This document shows positions 27,570 to 38,115 of a stretch of 59,133 nt of DNA, one piece after another. Made by a program: the position numbers and the translations under genes. Location of the stretch: IMG/VR virus record IMGVR_UViG_3300037145_000020, positions 1 to 59,133 of that record. One strand, written 5' to 3'. Source of the DNA: a virus. Taxonomy: Duplodnaviria > Caudoviricetes. Positions within the stretch are counted from its first letter, which is position 1, and each line of letters begins with the position of its first letter. A model generated the notes under the pieces. The model ran no database searches. It was not told the origin of the DNA and saw only the letters and a list, made by a program, of their open reading frames with translations.

Positions 27570-29071
27570 CCCATGATCTCTATCAGTTCGAAGTAGCTGT
27601 TGTTGATGCCGCCAGTCTCGGTGCTGCCAATCGTGTTGATGTTGTATGTGGTCGAAGATGTCGAATAGAGCGTGTCCATGTAGAAGCACGTCATGCTCGC
27701 ATCCCCGGCGGCTCCCGTGTTGTTTATATAGAACTGCGTCTGCTGCGTATTGATGACCGTGGACACCCGAAGCAAATTCAACAGCAGCGAATAGTTTCCT
27801 GGCCCTCCGCTTGCAACAAGATTGACATAGGCGCTGGCCGTAACCTTGATGGGGTTTACGGTGCTGGTCGGAACGATCGGCTCTGACGTCGTATCGAAGC
27901 CGACTATGCTCTGGACAGGTTCTCCAGGCTTAGCGGTCCCCTGATCGAGAACCTGAAGCGTGGTGCAGGCAGACGCCCACGTTCCCGCAGTGGTCAGCCC
28001 GCTGGAATATTCGCAATAACCGAGGATGCGGATTGCGTCATTGCTGACGCCAGAAGTTGCGTAAAGCGTTCCAGCGGCCGTCGATGAGCCAGAGATTGCC
28101 GCCGGGCTAGCGCGGTTCGTCTCCCAGGACTTGCACCCATAGATCGTTACGGTGGTGCTGACTTTCGCGGAGCAGGTTGCAACGCCGACCTGTGGTGAAC
28201 CTCCATTGTATGTCTCGAATATCCAAACGCGGAAAGGAGTCGAGTTGATTGTTCCGAGCGTCGCCCCACTCGGTATCGTTACGCAATTCGAGGCCGTGAC
28301 CGTAGTGTTGATAACCGTCCCGGTGGCCAGCGAGGTTGACCGGAATGGAATCACGACCGGGCTGGAAGAGCTAGGCGTCGATCCTGAAGCGGTCGTCACA
28401 CAGACTTGCAATTCTGTGGCCCCGCCGATGGATGCGGCCGAGAGCCCAAGATTTATTGGAATCAGAGACCCGGTCCCATTGGAGGCCGATGTAACTCGGC
28501 CATCCGCTGCGACCGTGAATGTCGGGTTGACGTATGTACCGGCCGAAACGCCGCTATTGGCGATGGTCGGATTGGGAAGCGTGCCGGTGAGCGAGCCGCC
28601 GACCGTGCAACTGTTCAGCCAATTCGCGCCGGCCGCGTCAGGGTTGCTGTTGTTGTTGTCAACCTGAGAGACCCAGAAGCATCCAGGCGATGCGGCTTGC
28701 TGAAGTGTTGCTCCATTCGGATAGCCGCCGATACCAGACTGGAATGTCGCATCGTATTTGACCGCTCCGCCAGCGTTTGACCACTGCGTCCACTGCGAAA
28801 GCTGGCAGAGCACGCCGTTGAAGTCTTGGCCGAATGGAGGAATGCCGCCAGATCCCGCCGGTAGGAATGTCGCGGGCGGAAATCCTGTAGTCCACGATGC
28901 CCGGCCGGGAGTGACCACACCGGAGATCGGAATCGGACAGGTGATATCGCCTCCAGGCGCGGAGACGCCCCAATAACTCGGAATCTTCACCGGGATGGAC
29001 GAGGCGTTCATCGCTTGCGCGACGGAGCAAAGAGCAATGAGACCAGCTAGCGCGGTTAGTATCTTACGCAT
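27566..29071 (-). CDS. main tail fibre protein with N-terminal signal peptide
   Basis: IP..GRASW..GFPP.T..GG.PP.G.DFNG.L..W..AGG..YD......IGGYP.GA, a baseplate-docking domain typical of this myovirus type. Confidence 0.8.
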   Translation of the reverse strand: MRKILTALAGLIALCSVAQAMNASSIPVKIPSYWGVSAPGGDITCPIPISGVVTPGRASWTTGFPPATFLPAGSGGIPPFGQDFNGVLCQLSQWTQWSNAGGAVKYDATFQSGIGGYPNGATLQQAASPGCFWVSQVDNNNSNPDAAGANWLNSCTVGGSLTGTLPNPTIANSGVSAGTYVNPTFTVAADGRVTSASNGTGSLIPINLGLSAASIGGATELQVCVTTASGSTPSSSSPVVIPFRSTSLATGTVINTTVTASNCVTIPSGATLGTINSTPFRVWIFETYNGGSPQVGVATCSAKVSTTVTIYGCKSWETNRASPAAISGSSTAAGTLYATSGVSNDAIRILGYCEYSSGLTTAGTWASACTTLQVLDQGTAKPGEPVQSIVGFDTTSEPIVPTSTVNPIKVTASAYVNLVASGGPGNYSLLLNLLRVSTVINTQQTQFYINNTGAAGDASMTCFYMDTLYSTSSTTYNINTIGSTETGGINNSYFELIEIMG

Positions 29072-29091
29072 TTTCGTCCTATGCCTTGTGG

Positions 29092-29379
29092 CTAAGCTTT
29101 CTTCGCGATGGATGCGCTCACGCTGACATTCCCGGACAGAAAGGCTGTCGGAGGTTTATCCGATTGCTGCCATCCGAGAGAACCATACATGTTGACGGTT
29201 ATGTGTTCGCCGTCGCGAGGCTCTTGCAGCAAGTTGATGAACGATTTGGCTGCTGTCACCGCTGCTTCTTTGTCTGCTGTATGAGTTGGCTGGTTCGCTA
29301 CAACTTGGTCGAACTCGGCGGCGACTTTCGCAACCGCATCAGCCTTTGATGTGCCAGTAATTGCAAACGAATAGCTCAT
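29092..29379 (-). CDS. hypothetical protein
   Basis: GAGG RBS before MSYSFAITG. Confidence 0.6.
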   Translation of the reverse strand: MSYSFAITGTSKADAVAKVAAEFDQVVANQPTHTADKEAAVTAAKSFINLLQEPRDGEHITVNMYGSLGWQQSDKPPTAFLSGNVSVSASIAKKA

Positions 29380-29583
29380 GGGCTTTCCTCGTATCGTGAA
29401 AAACGGCCGCCGGGGACCGTTTTCTATTGGTGGGATTTTCCATTCCGGCTCTGGCTCTCTGTTGTCTTGGTCAGGTCCGAAGCGACGCGAGCCAAATAAT
29501 GGCAGCCCTGCTTCGGTCTCAATGTCGGGGTCGCTAGAGATTTTTCGCTGCAGCCATTCGTCGCCAAATCTCAACATCACGTT

Positions 29584-29796
29584 TCAAACTCCGGGCATCT
29601 TTTTGGTCGCGGGCAGTAAGACCGCCCGGTGTTCCATTTCTAGCGCGAGTCGATCGGCATTGCCGCACTCGTATCCGTCCTTGTAGCGCTGATTCATTTC
29701 GTCTGAGGCTGCCGCCTCTTGAGCGCGGGGCTTTCCGGCTCTCCCATGGTCGACGCCCTTGTCGAAGAAGAATATCCCGGTCTTTCGATCCAGCAT
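29584..29796 (-). CDS. hypothetical protein
   Basis: Coupled small ORF. Confidence 0.5.
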   Translation of the reverse strand: MLDRKTGIFFFDKGVDHGRAGKPRAQEAAASDEMNQRYKDGYECGNADRLALEMEHRAVLLPATKKMPGV

Positions 29797-30005
29797 CAGG
29801 CGATCTCTTTCGATGCCATCGCAGCCGAATATCGATTCCAGTCCGCTTCCATTTTGTCGCGCATCCGCTCGGCGGTGCGCTTCGAACTAAAGCGACCTTT
29901 GACGTTGACGGTGCGGCCGGTCTTTGGGTCGGACTGCGCGACGAAATAGACCCATGTGCCGCCCCAGCACTCCTCGCGCCGCACCCAATATTTGCGCTCT
30001 CTCAT
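29796..30005 (-). CDS. hypothetical protein
   Basis: GGAGG RBS; coupled. Confidence 0.55.
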   Translation of the reverse strand: MRERKYWVRREECWGGTWVYFVAQSDPKTGRTVNVKGRFSSKRTAERMRDKMEADWNRYSAAMASKEIA

Positions 30006-30232
30006 TGCCCCTCCAGGCCAAGTTTTCGGATTAGTTCTGGTGGGATCGGATCATTGGCGCCCATGGAGATCGTTTCAAAGCCGTATAGAGCTTTGACGTT
30101 GCGCGCCGCCGCTATGAGTTCGATAAGCGGCTGAGGCCAACCTGTGGTGGGCGCGAGATCGGCGATCTCACAAACCGGCCTGATGAGATCGTCGATAGTG
30201 TCTTGGCTTGGTCCAGGCTTAGTTTTTCTCAT
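30002..30232 (-). CDS. hypothetical protein
   Basis: ATGA coupling. Confidence 0.5.
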   Translation of the reverse strand: MRKTKPGPSQDTIDDLIRPVCEIADLAPTTGWPQPLIELIAAARNVKALYGFETISMGANDPIPPELIRKLGLEGQ

Positions 30233-30912
30233 GCTTGCACCACCGTTGCTGCGACTCCCGTTGTCCTCGGCAGCACGCCTGAATTCGTCACGATGGCATC
30301 CTGCACCGGAGTGAGCGGGAATTCGAAGGTGTAAGTCATCGTGAGATTGAGTCCGTCAGTACAATAGCAATTCCCGAGGCCAGGGAACAGATTGAGCAGG
30401 AGTTGGTTGATCGACGGAATTGAGCCGTCGCAAATGTTCGCGAGCGCCTTAGCGAAGAGCAGCGTCCGGTATGCGGCGTCGGTGAGGGAGAAGTTTGTCG
30501 TGACTCCTGCGCCTCCCGAATAGAACGGTGCTTGGCCGAATGGCGTCAGTGTCGTCGGCGTGCCCGCTTCCTCGAAGCCGAGATACGGTCCGGAGCCCGC
30601 ATCGGGGACCGAGATCACGCGGGTGATTCCGAGGACCCGTCCTAATCGATCAAGACCGTAACCGATCGCTGTATCAATCGACCAAACATCATCGAAAAAT
30701 TGATCAAAGTTCTCCGTTGGGTCGACGTACTGCGCCATGTTGGTGACAAGCGCCATCAGCGTCGCGCTGTTGGCGTATTGGCTGAGCACGGTCAACCAAA
30801 TGTCGAAGGCCGGAATCGTCCCAACGGGGCTAACGCCGATGGTGAAGGAACCTACGGCATTCGATCCAGCCGGGTTTGGATTAGGATATACGGGACCTGG
30901 ACCGGCTGGCAT
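30229..30912 (-). CDS. baseplate wedge protein (DUF2612)
   Basis: SQYANS..W.IDTA.G.GLD..GR..G..R; L.D..YR.L..KA..NI. Confidence 0.85.
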   Translation of the reverse strand: MPAGPGPVYPNPNPAGSNAVGSFTIGVSPVGTIPAFDIWLTVLSQYANSATLMALVTNMAQYVDPTENFDQFFDDVWSIDTAIGYGLDRLGRVLGITRVISVPDAGSGPYLGFEEAGTPTTLTPFGQAPFYSGGAGVTTNFSLTDAAYRTLLFAKALANICDGSIPSINQLLLNLFPGLGNCYCTDGLNLTMTYTFEFPLTPVQDAIVTNSGVLPRTTGVAATVVQA

Positions 30913-32798
30913 CAGGTCACCGTCACTGCGATGTTGCCGGCATTGATGGTTGGCTCTTGCGCAATGCCCACTGCAACATCGGCCGAGCCAGCAGCAACGG
31001 CGGTGACCGTGACGCCCGCAGTGATCGATGCGCTCGATGCGGTCGTGGCTCCCGAGGTCACATAGACGCCAGCGCCACCCGGCGTACCGGAAGTCTGGGA
31101 CACGATTGTCGTGCCTGTCGGGACGCCCGTGCCTGCGATCACGTCGCCGATGCCGATGGTGCCGGTCACTGAGGTGGTCGTGAGATTGGTTCCCGAGCCG
31201 CTACCGGTGAAAGTCGCGCCGGCAACGGTTGCCGATGCACTGAGGTTGTAGGTGCCGGCGCCGCCTGATCCGCTCCCGAAGCTCACGATTGTCGTGCCAA
31301 TCGGAATGCCGGAAACCGAGTCGAGGCCGGTTACCCACTGCCCGACCGCAAGCGTCCCGCTGACCACCGCAGTAACGGTCAGGACCGTGCCGGCAACGCT
31401 GCCCACCACGACGGCACCGGCCGAATTTGCCGAGCCGACTTGGATGGTTCTGATCGCGGCCCAAGGGCCTAGCGCCGCGACCACTGCGCCATATTGGATG
31501 GCATAGATCACCGAGCCGATGCGCGCTCGAGGAGGCGTGGGGGTGTTTGTGACTGGTGCCGCGGTGATCGTGGTCGACGCCACTGTCTGCGTCGTGTTGA
31601 CCACGTAGGTGCCCGCGTTGCCTTGGCCTGTGCCGAGCGCGGTGATCGTGGTGCCTGGGACAACGTTGGGCCCGGAGATTGTCTGTCCCACACCGATCGT
31701 GCCGGCGCTGATCGAGGTGACTGTGAGCGTGGTGCCGGCGATCGATCCGACGAAGGTCGCGCCGGCCGTGGTCCCAGTGAAAGCCGCGATGATTGCTGCC
31801 TGGACGAGTGCCACTGCGGTGGAGGGCACCAGCGGGCTGTTCGCAATGTTGACAGCGAAGTAAATCGGCAGTGTCGCCGGGATGTTGAAGGTGATGTTGT
31901 AGGTCGGGAACGGCGGCGAATAGGCTGGATTCGTATCCTCCACCGCAACCGTGGTGTTCCCGTTCATCGGGATGCCGGGGGGCTTTTTCTTCCAGATCGC
32001 CTGGGCAACAGCGGAAGCAACGCCTCCGGTCGCGGCGACGTAGACCGAATTTGCCGCCAGCGTGTAGCCGCCGATCGTGGCGGGTGAGTTTGTTGGGTTG
32101 TCGATCACGTAGGCGTCGAGGACGCCTGGCACACTCAGAACTGCCCCGAGGATTGCCGTGTTCGAATTGACCGCATTGGCGGCGACGCTCTGCTGCCTTC
32201 GGAGCTCGAACTGCTGCGAGGTCTCAGTGTTCTGCCCGACGTCGCCGGAGATGACCGTCGCCGTATCCCATCCGGGGATGGTTTGGTAAATCGTGACCGT
32301 CTCTGGGATGGCGAGTGGGCCAGGAACGAGAGCGGCGAATTGCAGCGTGATCGAGCCCCCGCTCGGTATCGTTCCGCCTCCGGTGCATTGGTAGAGATTC
32401 CCGGCCGAATCCACGACCGTTGCGAAGCTGGTCGGTCCGCCGGGGAGGACCGTGTCGTTTGCGCCGACGCAGGCGATCTGCAGGGTGGTCGGCTCGGCGG
32501 AATCCCTCTTCAGAAAGTTGATGCGCGCGATGGCGTCCTGCATGCGCCCTTGGGCGAAGGCAGGATCGGTCTGCGTCACGTAGTACGTAATGATCTGATA
32601 GAAATTGTTGATGCACGCGGCTTGGCTCGATGCGAGTTGGCTTTGCGGTGCGGAGCCATTGCTCCAATTGAACGTGACGTTGAAGCTCTGGTTATAATCG
32701 GCCTGCACGCCAGCAAGAATTGCCGGGCCTGACGGAGCGATGACTCCGAGCGGTCCCCACGACAGTGCTGGAACGTTCGTTGTTCCGACGTTTGCCAT
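30912..32798 (-). CDS. baseplate J-like protein with three inserted beta modules
   Basis: PQ.QLASS..DP..A.GRMQDAI.RI; ET...FE.RR..SVA.N; NS.YV...GG. Confidence 0.85.
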   Translation of the reverse strand: MANVGTTNVPALSWGPLGVIAPSGPAILAGVQADYNQSFNVTFNWSNGSAPQSQLASSQAACINNFYQIITYYVTQTDPAFAQGRMQDAIARINFLKRDSAEPTTLQIACVGANDTVLPGGPTSFATVVDSAGNLYQCTGGGTIPSGGSITLQFAALVPGPLAIPETVTIYQTIPGWDTATVISGDVGQNTETSQQFELRRQQSVAANAVNSNTAILGAVLSVPGVLDAYVIDNPTNSPATIGGYTLAANSVYVAATGGVASAVAQAIWKKKPPGIPMNGNTTVAVEDTNPAYSPPFPTYNITFNIPATLPIYFAVNIANSPLVPSTAVALVQAAIIAAFTGTTAGATFVGSIAGTTLTVTSISAGTIGVGQTISGPNVVPGTTITALGTGQGNAGTYVVNTTQTVASTTITAAPVTNTPTPPRARIGSVIYAIQYGAVVAALGPWAAIRTIQVGSANSAGAVVVGSVAGTVLTVTAVVSGTLAVGQWVTGLDSVSGIPIGTTIVSFGSGSGGAGTYNLSASATVAGATFTGSGSGTNLTTTSVTGTIGIGDVIAGTGVPTGTTIVSQTSGTPGGAGVYVTSGATTASSASITAGVTVTAVAAGSADVAVGIAQEPTINAGNIAVTVT

Positions 32799-33181
32799 CA
32801 ACCGGCCCCCTGCGGACTCGCGACGGAAAAGGAAGCGGCCGAGGCTTGTCCGCTCGTTGAAATGACCTGCACCTGTCCGGAGATTCCACGGTTGTTAAAC
32901 GACGAAATGAAAACCTGCGCTGAGGCCACGTCGGGAACGGTCAGGGCCGCGTTCTGCAGAAGCTCTTTCAGTAGCGTGAGCGGCGGGGTGGCTTGGCCGA
33001 AAATCTGCTGAAGGTAATGGACACCCAGCGTGTTATCCCAGAAGTATTCGGCGAGCCACATGCGAATGGCGCTCGCTGCGTCTTGCGCAAGGCTGTATGG
33101 TTCTCCCGCAACGGCGATGTTGTTTGCCGCGTTGACAACCAAATCCCAGCTTTCGATATCCAGAAGCAGCGTGCTCGCCAC
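32798..33181 (-). CDS. baseplate protein (W/gp25-like)
   Basis: TLLLD..WDL...NIAVA..PY..AQD.ASAIR....E. Confidence 0.75.
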   Translation of the reverse strand: MASTLLLDIESWDLVVNAANNIAVAGEPYSLAQDAASAIRMWLAEYFWDNTLGVHYLQQIFGQATPPLTLLKELLQNAALTVPDVASAQVFISSFNNRGISGQVQVISTSGQASAASFSVASPQGAG

Positions 33182-33222
33182 GGCTTTCCCCGTCGATTCC
33201 TTCGTCTAGCATGTTTCGGGGG

Positions 33223-33861
33223 TCACGGCACGGTGACAGGCACGCCATTAACCTGAAAGGACACGGTAACGATATTGACCACACCGGGGAGCATTTGGAT
33301 TTGGTTGGCGTTGACGTCTAGGAGCGTCATTCCTGTGGCAGTCGTCGCGATCGTGTTCCCGTTTATGTCGGCGATGACCATTGTACCGTCAGGCTTGAGC
33401 CAGAAGGTGGCGGCCGGGGTGGCATTGAGAATGCCCCCAAGGTAGACACCGTCTGCCACATTCAATCGACGGAATGATCCGGGGTTGGCCTGCGCCTTGG
33501 TGTTTTTGACGGTCGATATGTCCCGGTCCGCACAGATGATGATGCCAATGTCGTTTATGGCTGGGTCGTTGATTACAGCCCACTTGCCGCCCTGCCATCG
33601 GATAAATGGCAATCCGTAGATGATCCCATGCGGCGTAGCGTTAGGCGGATTGGCGAAGTCGATCTGATTCACCAGCGGCTGCACATCGACGGTGCCGGGT
33701 GCCGGCGGGGTGCCCTGTCCAGGATGGACACCTTTGACTTGGACGACCTTCATCGTGTCGATGCGCGAGAGCAGCGCGCGCACGATGAAACTGATTCCAG
33801 TGGAATCCGTGTTCGAGTCGTCGGGGAATTGCGAGCCGTAGCCGACGTCGGTATTCGACAT
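33223..33861 (-). CDS. baseplate spike protein V (Gp138-like)
   Basis: VDVQPLVNQ.D..P..R.QGG..A...DP...DIG...ADRDIS; PGS.R..ADG.Y.GG. Confidence 0.85.
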   Translation of the reverse strand: MSNTDVGYGSQFPDDSNTDSTGISFIVRALLSRIDTMKVVQVKGVHPGQGTPPAPGTVDVQPLVNQIDFANPPNATPHGIIYGLPFIRWQGGKWAVINDPAINDIGIIICADRDISTVKNTKAQANPGSFRRLNVADGVYLGGILNATPAATFWLKPDGTMVIADINGNTIATTATGMTLLDVNANQIQMLPGVVNIVTVSFQVNGVPVTVP

Positions 33862-33867
33862 GCGCCC

Positions 33868-34845
33868 TCACTGCTGCGGTATCGGCCGACCGTAGGCTGG
33901 GTTGTAGCAGTAAACCGTACTCATCCACTGCCCGTTTCTCACCAGCGAATCCAGGGCGTGATCGAGCTTGTAGACGCCCCACACGGAATTGCCATTGACC
34001 ATCTGCGGCGGCTTGAATGTCTGGCTGCTTGATGACGCTGCCGAAAGGGTACCGGAGAGCAGACTGCTGTTGACCTGCACCGTTCCCCCCAAGGCAATCA
34101 GCGGATTAAAAAGCGTTTTGACGATCACGCCCTGCTTGGTGATCGTCGGATATCCGATCATCTCTCCGTTGGGGAGAGGAGAAATAACCGGAGAGGTGAT
34201 TGTGCTATTGCTCCGGACTCCTCCGAGCGGCCAGATTGCCAGCGTGTTTGATCTGGTATCCAGAGCGCAAGCAATGCGGGCGTGATCCTTGACGGCTTGT
34301 ATCTGGTCATAAAGCGTGCCGGGAAAATACGGATTCGGCAGTTGGACGCTGACGCCGTTATTCTCGAATTTCATCCCGAGTTGCCGAGCGAAGCCCGACA
34401 TGATCGTGGCGACGTCTGTGGAGCCCGTGAAGCCTGATGGTGTGGCCGGCGCCACCGCCGAAGCGACTCCGCTGACCGACTCGAACACAAACGGCACATC
34501 GGGCATGCCATCGAAGTCGGGATAGGCGTTCAGGATGGTCCCAGAGAACACCGTGGCCTGCCTGGCGACGGCATCTCCCGCGGTGACCGTGATCGAATTC
34601 TTCGGGACGAGGTTGAAGGAAACGCCCAACGTCGAAAGCTGATAGATCAGGCTCGGCGTCAATCCCCAAACCTTGACCTGTGCCTTTTGCTCGATGACGG
34701 CGCCAGAGTTTTGCACGCGCACGCTTGTGCGCAGGTTCGCAATCGTCGCGGTCGATCCGCCCTCGGAGAAGTTATTCGGCTGGTTGGTGCCGGCGTTGTT
34801 CGCGAGCGCCACCGCCAGCGTGATGAGCTTTTGGGTGAAACTCAT
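33868..34845 (-). CDS. baseplate hub protein
   Basis: MSF..K.I..V.GL..I...AGD..VF.GTI..A; FENNGV..L; MIGYP. Confidence 0.8.
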   Translation of the reverse strand: MSFTQKLITLAVALANNAGTNQPNNFSEGGSTATIANLRTSVRVQNSGAVIEQKAQVKVWGLTPSLIYQLSTLGVSFNLVPKNSITVTAGDAVARQATVFSGTILNAYPDFDGMPDVPFVFESVSGVASAVAPATPSGFTGSTDVATIMSGFARQLGMKFENNGVSVQLPNPYFPGTLYDQIQAVKDHARIACALDTRSNTLAIWPLGGVRSNSTITSPVISPLPNGEMIGYPTITKQGVIVKTLFNPLIALGGTVQVNSSLLSGTLSAASSSSQTFKPPQMVNGNSVWGVYKLDHALDSLVRNGQWMSTVYCYNPAYGRPIPQQ

Positions 34846-35168
34846 GTGGCATATTGTTCGAGGTCAGATTCGCTCAAATACAACAATTGGTATCGCGCAG
34901 TAGGCCCACCGAGGCCGTCGTAGGTCGGGTTTTGCTCGCCTTGCGAGTCGCAAAATGCGAGATCGCCATCAAATCCCAAATAGGAATCGCGAACGATCCT
35001 GACCAAATTTTCGCACAGAACGCTTGCAATAATCAGCGTCGTCCCGACCCACAACGACAAAAATAATCCGTAGCTCGATTGCTGAATCGCAATCGTGCAA
35101 CCCTGCATGCCGAGTTGCACCTGTAGCTGCTGGTTAGGGATTGCATTGAGCGGGACTGTTGACGGCAT
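34842..35168 (-). CDS. baseplate plug-like protein
   Basis: VPL..PNQ..V.L..Q; YLGF.GDL.F.D.QG..P.Y.GLG. Confidence 0.75.
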   Translation of the reverse strand: MPSTVPLNAIPNQQLQVQLGMQGCTIAIQQSSYGLFLSLWVGTTLIIASVLCENLVRIVRDSYLGFDGDLAFCDSQGEQNPTYDGLGGPTARYQLLYLSESDLEQYAT

Positions 35169-35965
35169 CAGTGGAAATCCGGCCCATCTCCCGGAAATCC
35201 GGGGACGTTGGTGGTGAGCGGCATCGACTGGACGTTACCACTGCTCTGCTGGCCGGCCGCTCCTGGGATTTGCGTGTTGCTGAATGCGGCCGATGATGTG
35301 ACGCGGACCTGCACGAAGTAAAGATCGGCGGCGATGAGCGTGGCGCCTTGGTCGTGTCTCCGCGAGAATGAAACCCGACGGCAGCTGCAGCTCGAATAGG
35401 TCCCTTCTGGGGTGACGATGTCAAACAGCGGTGGCGTTGCGCTGCCACTCAGAATTCCCCCGTTGATCGCCGAGGTGATCGAGCCGAGCGCGGAGGCCAT
35501 GGCCGTCGAAATCAGCGAGGACGATCCCAACGGGGAGCCACCGGCAATCGCCAGTATTGCGTTGATGAAGGCTTGGCGGTTGGAGGCATCGCCTCCCGCG
35601 GCGAGGCGCACGCGGACGTCGAAAGGCAGTTGGACCTTGTCGTATGACTGAAAGGCACCTTGCTCCTGTGGATAATCGGAGATCGTGAATTCCTGGTCGA
35701 ACTCGAATTCGATGGTCGAGGCCGCCACGGGGGTGAGGTTCGGGAGGCCGAGCGCGCCGGCCTGGATCGAAAATGGCCCGAGCAAAGCATTGACGTTCTG
35801 CCCGATCGAGGCTGGTTGGATGACCGGGACGCCTTGGTAATAGATGCCCCATGATGGCGGCGTAAATAGAATCCCCATCTGCGTGTCCGCGACCAGCAGG
35901 ACGGTAGGAAGCGCTGAATAGCTATTCAGCGGTGGTACGCCTGGGACATTCGGAACCTCCGGCAT
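35168..35965 (-). CDS. baseplate/tail tube initiator-like protein
   Basis: VP.VPGVP.L..WGIY; ISDYPQEQGAF.SY.KV..PF; VTPE..Y. Confidence 0.75.
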   Translation of the reverse strand: MPEVPNVPGVPPLNSYSALPTVLLVADTQMGILFTPPSWGIYYQGVPVIQPASIGQNVNALLGPFSIQAGALGLPNLTPVAASTIEFEFDQEFTISDYPQEQGAFQSYDKVQLPFDVRVRLAAGGDASNRQAFINAILAIAGGSPLGSSSLISTAMASALGSITSAINGGILSGSATPPLFDIVTPEGTYSSCSCRRVSFSRRHDQGATLIAADLYFVQVRVTSSAAFSNTQIPGAAGQQSSGNVQSMPLTTNVPGFPGDGPDFH

Positions 35966-37743
35966 CAGACGAGTCCCTGATTCCAGGAGCCGAGTGACGC
36001 TTGGCGCTTCAGCGCTTCATTAATATCGCCTGCAATCCCTTTGGCATCCGTAGCTGGCGTGTGGATGTTGATTTCTCCGACCTCGATTGTCGTCGTTCGA
36101 TTCGAGGAACTGTTCGTGTTGTAGGACGAATGCTGCGCAGCCGCACCAGCACCATATGGAAGGACAGGGCCGCCGGGCCAGCCCATCCATGAGCCTGGAC
36201 CATGATCCCTGAGCCATTCTAGGGCAAAGCGATCCTGCTCCTGCCATGTTGACTGATCGCGGGCATTTTTTCCGGTAGCCGCCGTGAATTTGTCGCCCAA
36301 GCCGGGATGTGGATATCGGGCTGATAGCCCTCCGTAATGAAGCTGAAAATCGCCAAATGAGGAATTATCATCGCCGATCTTTCCAGGGAATCCCTCGCGC
36401 CTAGCAAATTGCATCATTTGGTCTGGGTTGACGCCAAGTTCGACAGCAGTTTTGCGGATGAAGGCTTCGCGTGTCGCGGCATCGGCACCGCTACCGCCAA
36501 CGGGCCCTCTCCTGGCGCGCTCTGCCTCGTCCGACTCCCCTGCCGGGCCTGTTTCGACAGCAGTTTTGCGGATGAAGGCTTCGCGTGTCGCGGCATCGGC
36601 ACCGCTACCGCCAACGGGCCCTCTCCTGGCGTGCTCTGCCTCGTCCGACTCCCCTGCCGGGCCTGTCATACCCAATAGAGCACCGATAGGACCGAGCAAT
36701 CCCATTGCTCGACTCCCTGCAACAGTACCCAATCCCCGGATAACAGCCCTGCCAGCAGCCACGCCTGCGGCAGCAGCCGGACTCCTTTCAATAAGAGCCG
36801 TGAACCAATTTGCGGTGGCGGTAAGCGCAGCCCTGCCAGCAGCCCCTCCGACAAGCCATCGCAACAAAGGCAGCCCCCAGAGAGCTGTGAGAACCGCACT
36901 AACTGCAGCCACGCCTGCGGCAGCAGCCGGACTCCTTTCAATAAGAGCCGTGAACCAATTTGCGGTGGCGGTAAGCGCGGGCTCTAAAATGACCCCCAAG
37001 TTGCGCCCGAGCGCTGTCGATGCAGTATCGAGTCGGCCGGTGGCCTTTTGGTACTCGTCGGCAAGCTGTGCGGCTCTGCCGAGCGGGCCAGTGATCGATT
37101 TTATGTCTTTGACGCGCTTTTCGAGATCGGAACGGCCAGCCTGAGCTACGTTTACCGCGCTCTGATCCAAGCCGAGCAGGCCCATGAACAGTCTGGCTTG
37201 CTCTGGGCGGAGTTGGTTGATCGCATCCACGATTTCGAGAAAGAACTGGCCTGGGTCTTTCATCCCGCCTGCAGCATTCCGCGGGTTGACGTTGAGCCGC
37301 GTCGTGAGCGCGAGGAAGTTCTCCGAGGGAATGCCGGCGACAAACTTCTGCATCTCCGTGCTGAGCGTCTGCATCGTTTGAACGGCGCCCTCTTTCGAGC
37401 CGCCAAATTGTGTCCATATGTTCTCCCATGCGGACAGGTCCTCCGTGATCATGTCCATCGTCTTGGCGAAGCGGGCTGTAGCAGCATCGAGATTCGTAAT
37501 GTTAGTGATAAACTCCTTCGTCCCCATCCCGCCGATGAAGATTCCGGTCGCCTCGATCGCCAGACGCTTCATGTCGGAGAAGAATTCGAAGATTTTCTTT
37601 TGCTGCGATTCGACTTGATTGCCCGCGACGCGCGCCGCCTCCACCGTCTGCTTCAGCGAAGCCATGGCGGCTGCTTGGCCCGAAGTCATTTTCGTGGCGT
37701 CGATTCCGAATTCGAGCACGAAAGCGTCAATGACAGACGGAAT
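35965..37743 (-). CDS. tape measure protein with C-terminal lysozyme-like domain; ATT start
   Basis: Position after chaperones; helical Ala-rich body; AGGAGG-5 nt-ATT giving (M)PSVIDAFVLEFG; C-terminal REG..GDFQL..W..W. Confidence 0.8.
   Translation of the reverse strand: MPSVIDAFVLEFGIDATKMTSGQAAAMASLKQTVEAARVAGNQVESQQKKIFEFFSDMKRLAIEATGIFIGGMGTKEFITNITNLDAATARFAKTMDMITEDLSAWENIWTQFGGSKEGAVQTMQTLSTEMQKFVAGIPSENFLALTTRLNVNPRNAAGGMKDPGQFFLEIVDAINQLRPEQARLFMGLLGLDQSAVNVAQAGRSDLEKRVKDIKSITGPLGRAAQLADEYQKATGRLDTASTALGRNLGVILEPALTATANWFTALIERSPAAAAGVAAVSAVLTALWGLPLLRWLVGGAAGRAALTATANWFTALIERSPAAAAGVAAGRAVIRGLGTVAGSRAMGLLGPIGALLGMTGPAGESDEAEHARRGPVGGSGADAATREAFIRKTAVETGPAGESDEAERARRGPVGGSGADAATREAFIRKTAVELGVNPDQMMQFARREGFPGKIGDDNSSFGDFQLHYGGLSARYPHPGLGDKFTAATGKNARDQSTWQEQDRFALEWLRDHGPGSWMGWPGGPVLPYGAGAAAQHSSYNTNSSSNRTTTIEVGEINIHTPATDAKGIAGDINEALKRQASLGSWNQGLV
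36439..36666. repeat. 114-bp tandem duplication in tape measure gene
   Basis: 36439-36552 and 36553-36666 differ at one base seen by eye. Confidence 0.9.
36755..36978. repeat. 74-bp direct repeat in tape measure gene
   Basis: 36755-36828 equals 36905-36978 (ALTATANWFTALIERSPAAAAGVAA twice). Confidence 0.9.
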
Positions 37744-37757
37744 CTAATCCTCCTGTG

Positions 37758-38078
37758 TCACTTCGGATCAGGCGGGATGTCGCCCATGTGCCAATCGGCG
37801 AGCTTCAAGAACTCATGCCATCCGCACCCTTCCGGGTCCTCTGGATAGACCGTTCCGCGTTTGTGATAGAACGAAGCCGTCACTCGGCCGTCAGCGTGGA
37901 CGTGGTGCAAGCCGATCCCGGAAACGTGCCCGCAGTTGCAGCGGATGAGCGGCTTCACGGGCTTGCCGTCTTTTGTGACCTTCCACCATCCGGGTTTTCC
38001 CACGACGGGAAAGTCTTTGTAGATGGATTCGCCATCGGCCAATCGCGGAATGACAAGCGGAGCGTTTGGACTGCTCAT
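37758..38078 (-). CDS. hypothetical Cys/His metal-binding protein
   Basis: CNCGH..H..G.V..S..CGWH. Confidence 0.6.
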   Translation of the reverse strand: MSSPNAPLVIPRLADGESIYKDFPVVGKPGWWKVTKDGKPVKPLIRCNCGHVSGIGLHHVHADGRVTASFYHKRGTVYPEDPEGCGWHEFLKLADWHMGDIPPDPK

Positions 38079-38115
38079 TCATATCCCCATCGATTCGAGC
38101 GCCGCGCAAACCTAG

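Noticed and set aside
29012-29071. Lipoprotein signal in the tail fibre leader
   Set aside because: IALC is a poor lipobox; the AQA signal peptidase I site fits better.
36439-36978. Repeat pairs as DGR template/variable regions
   Set aside because: No adenine-specific differences and no reverse transcriptase in the window.
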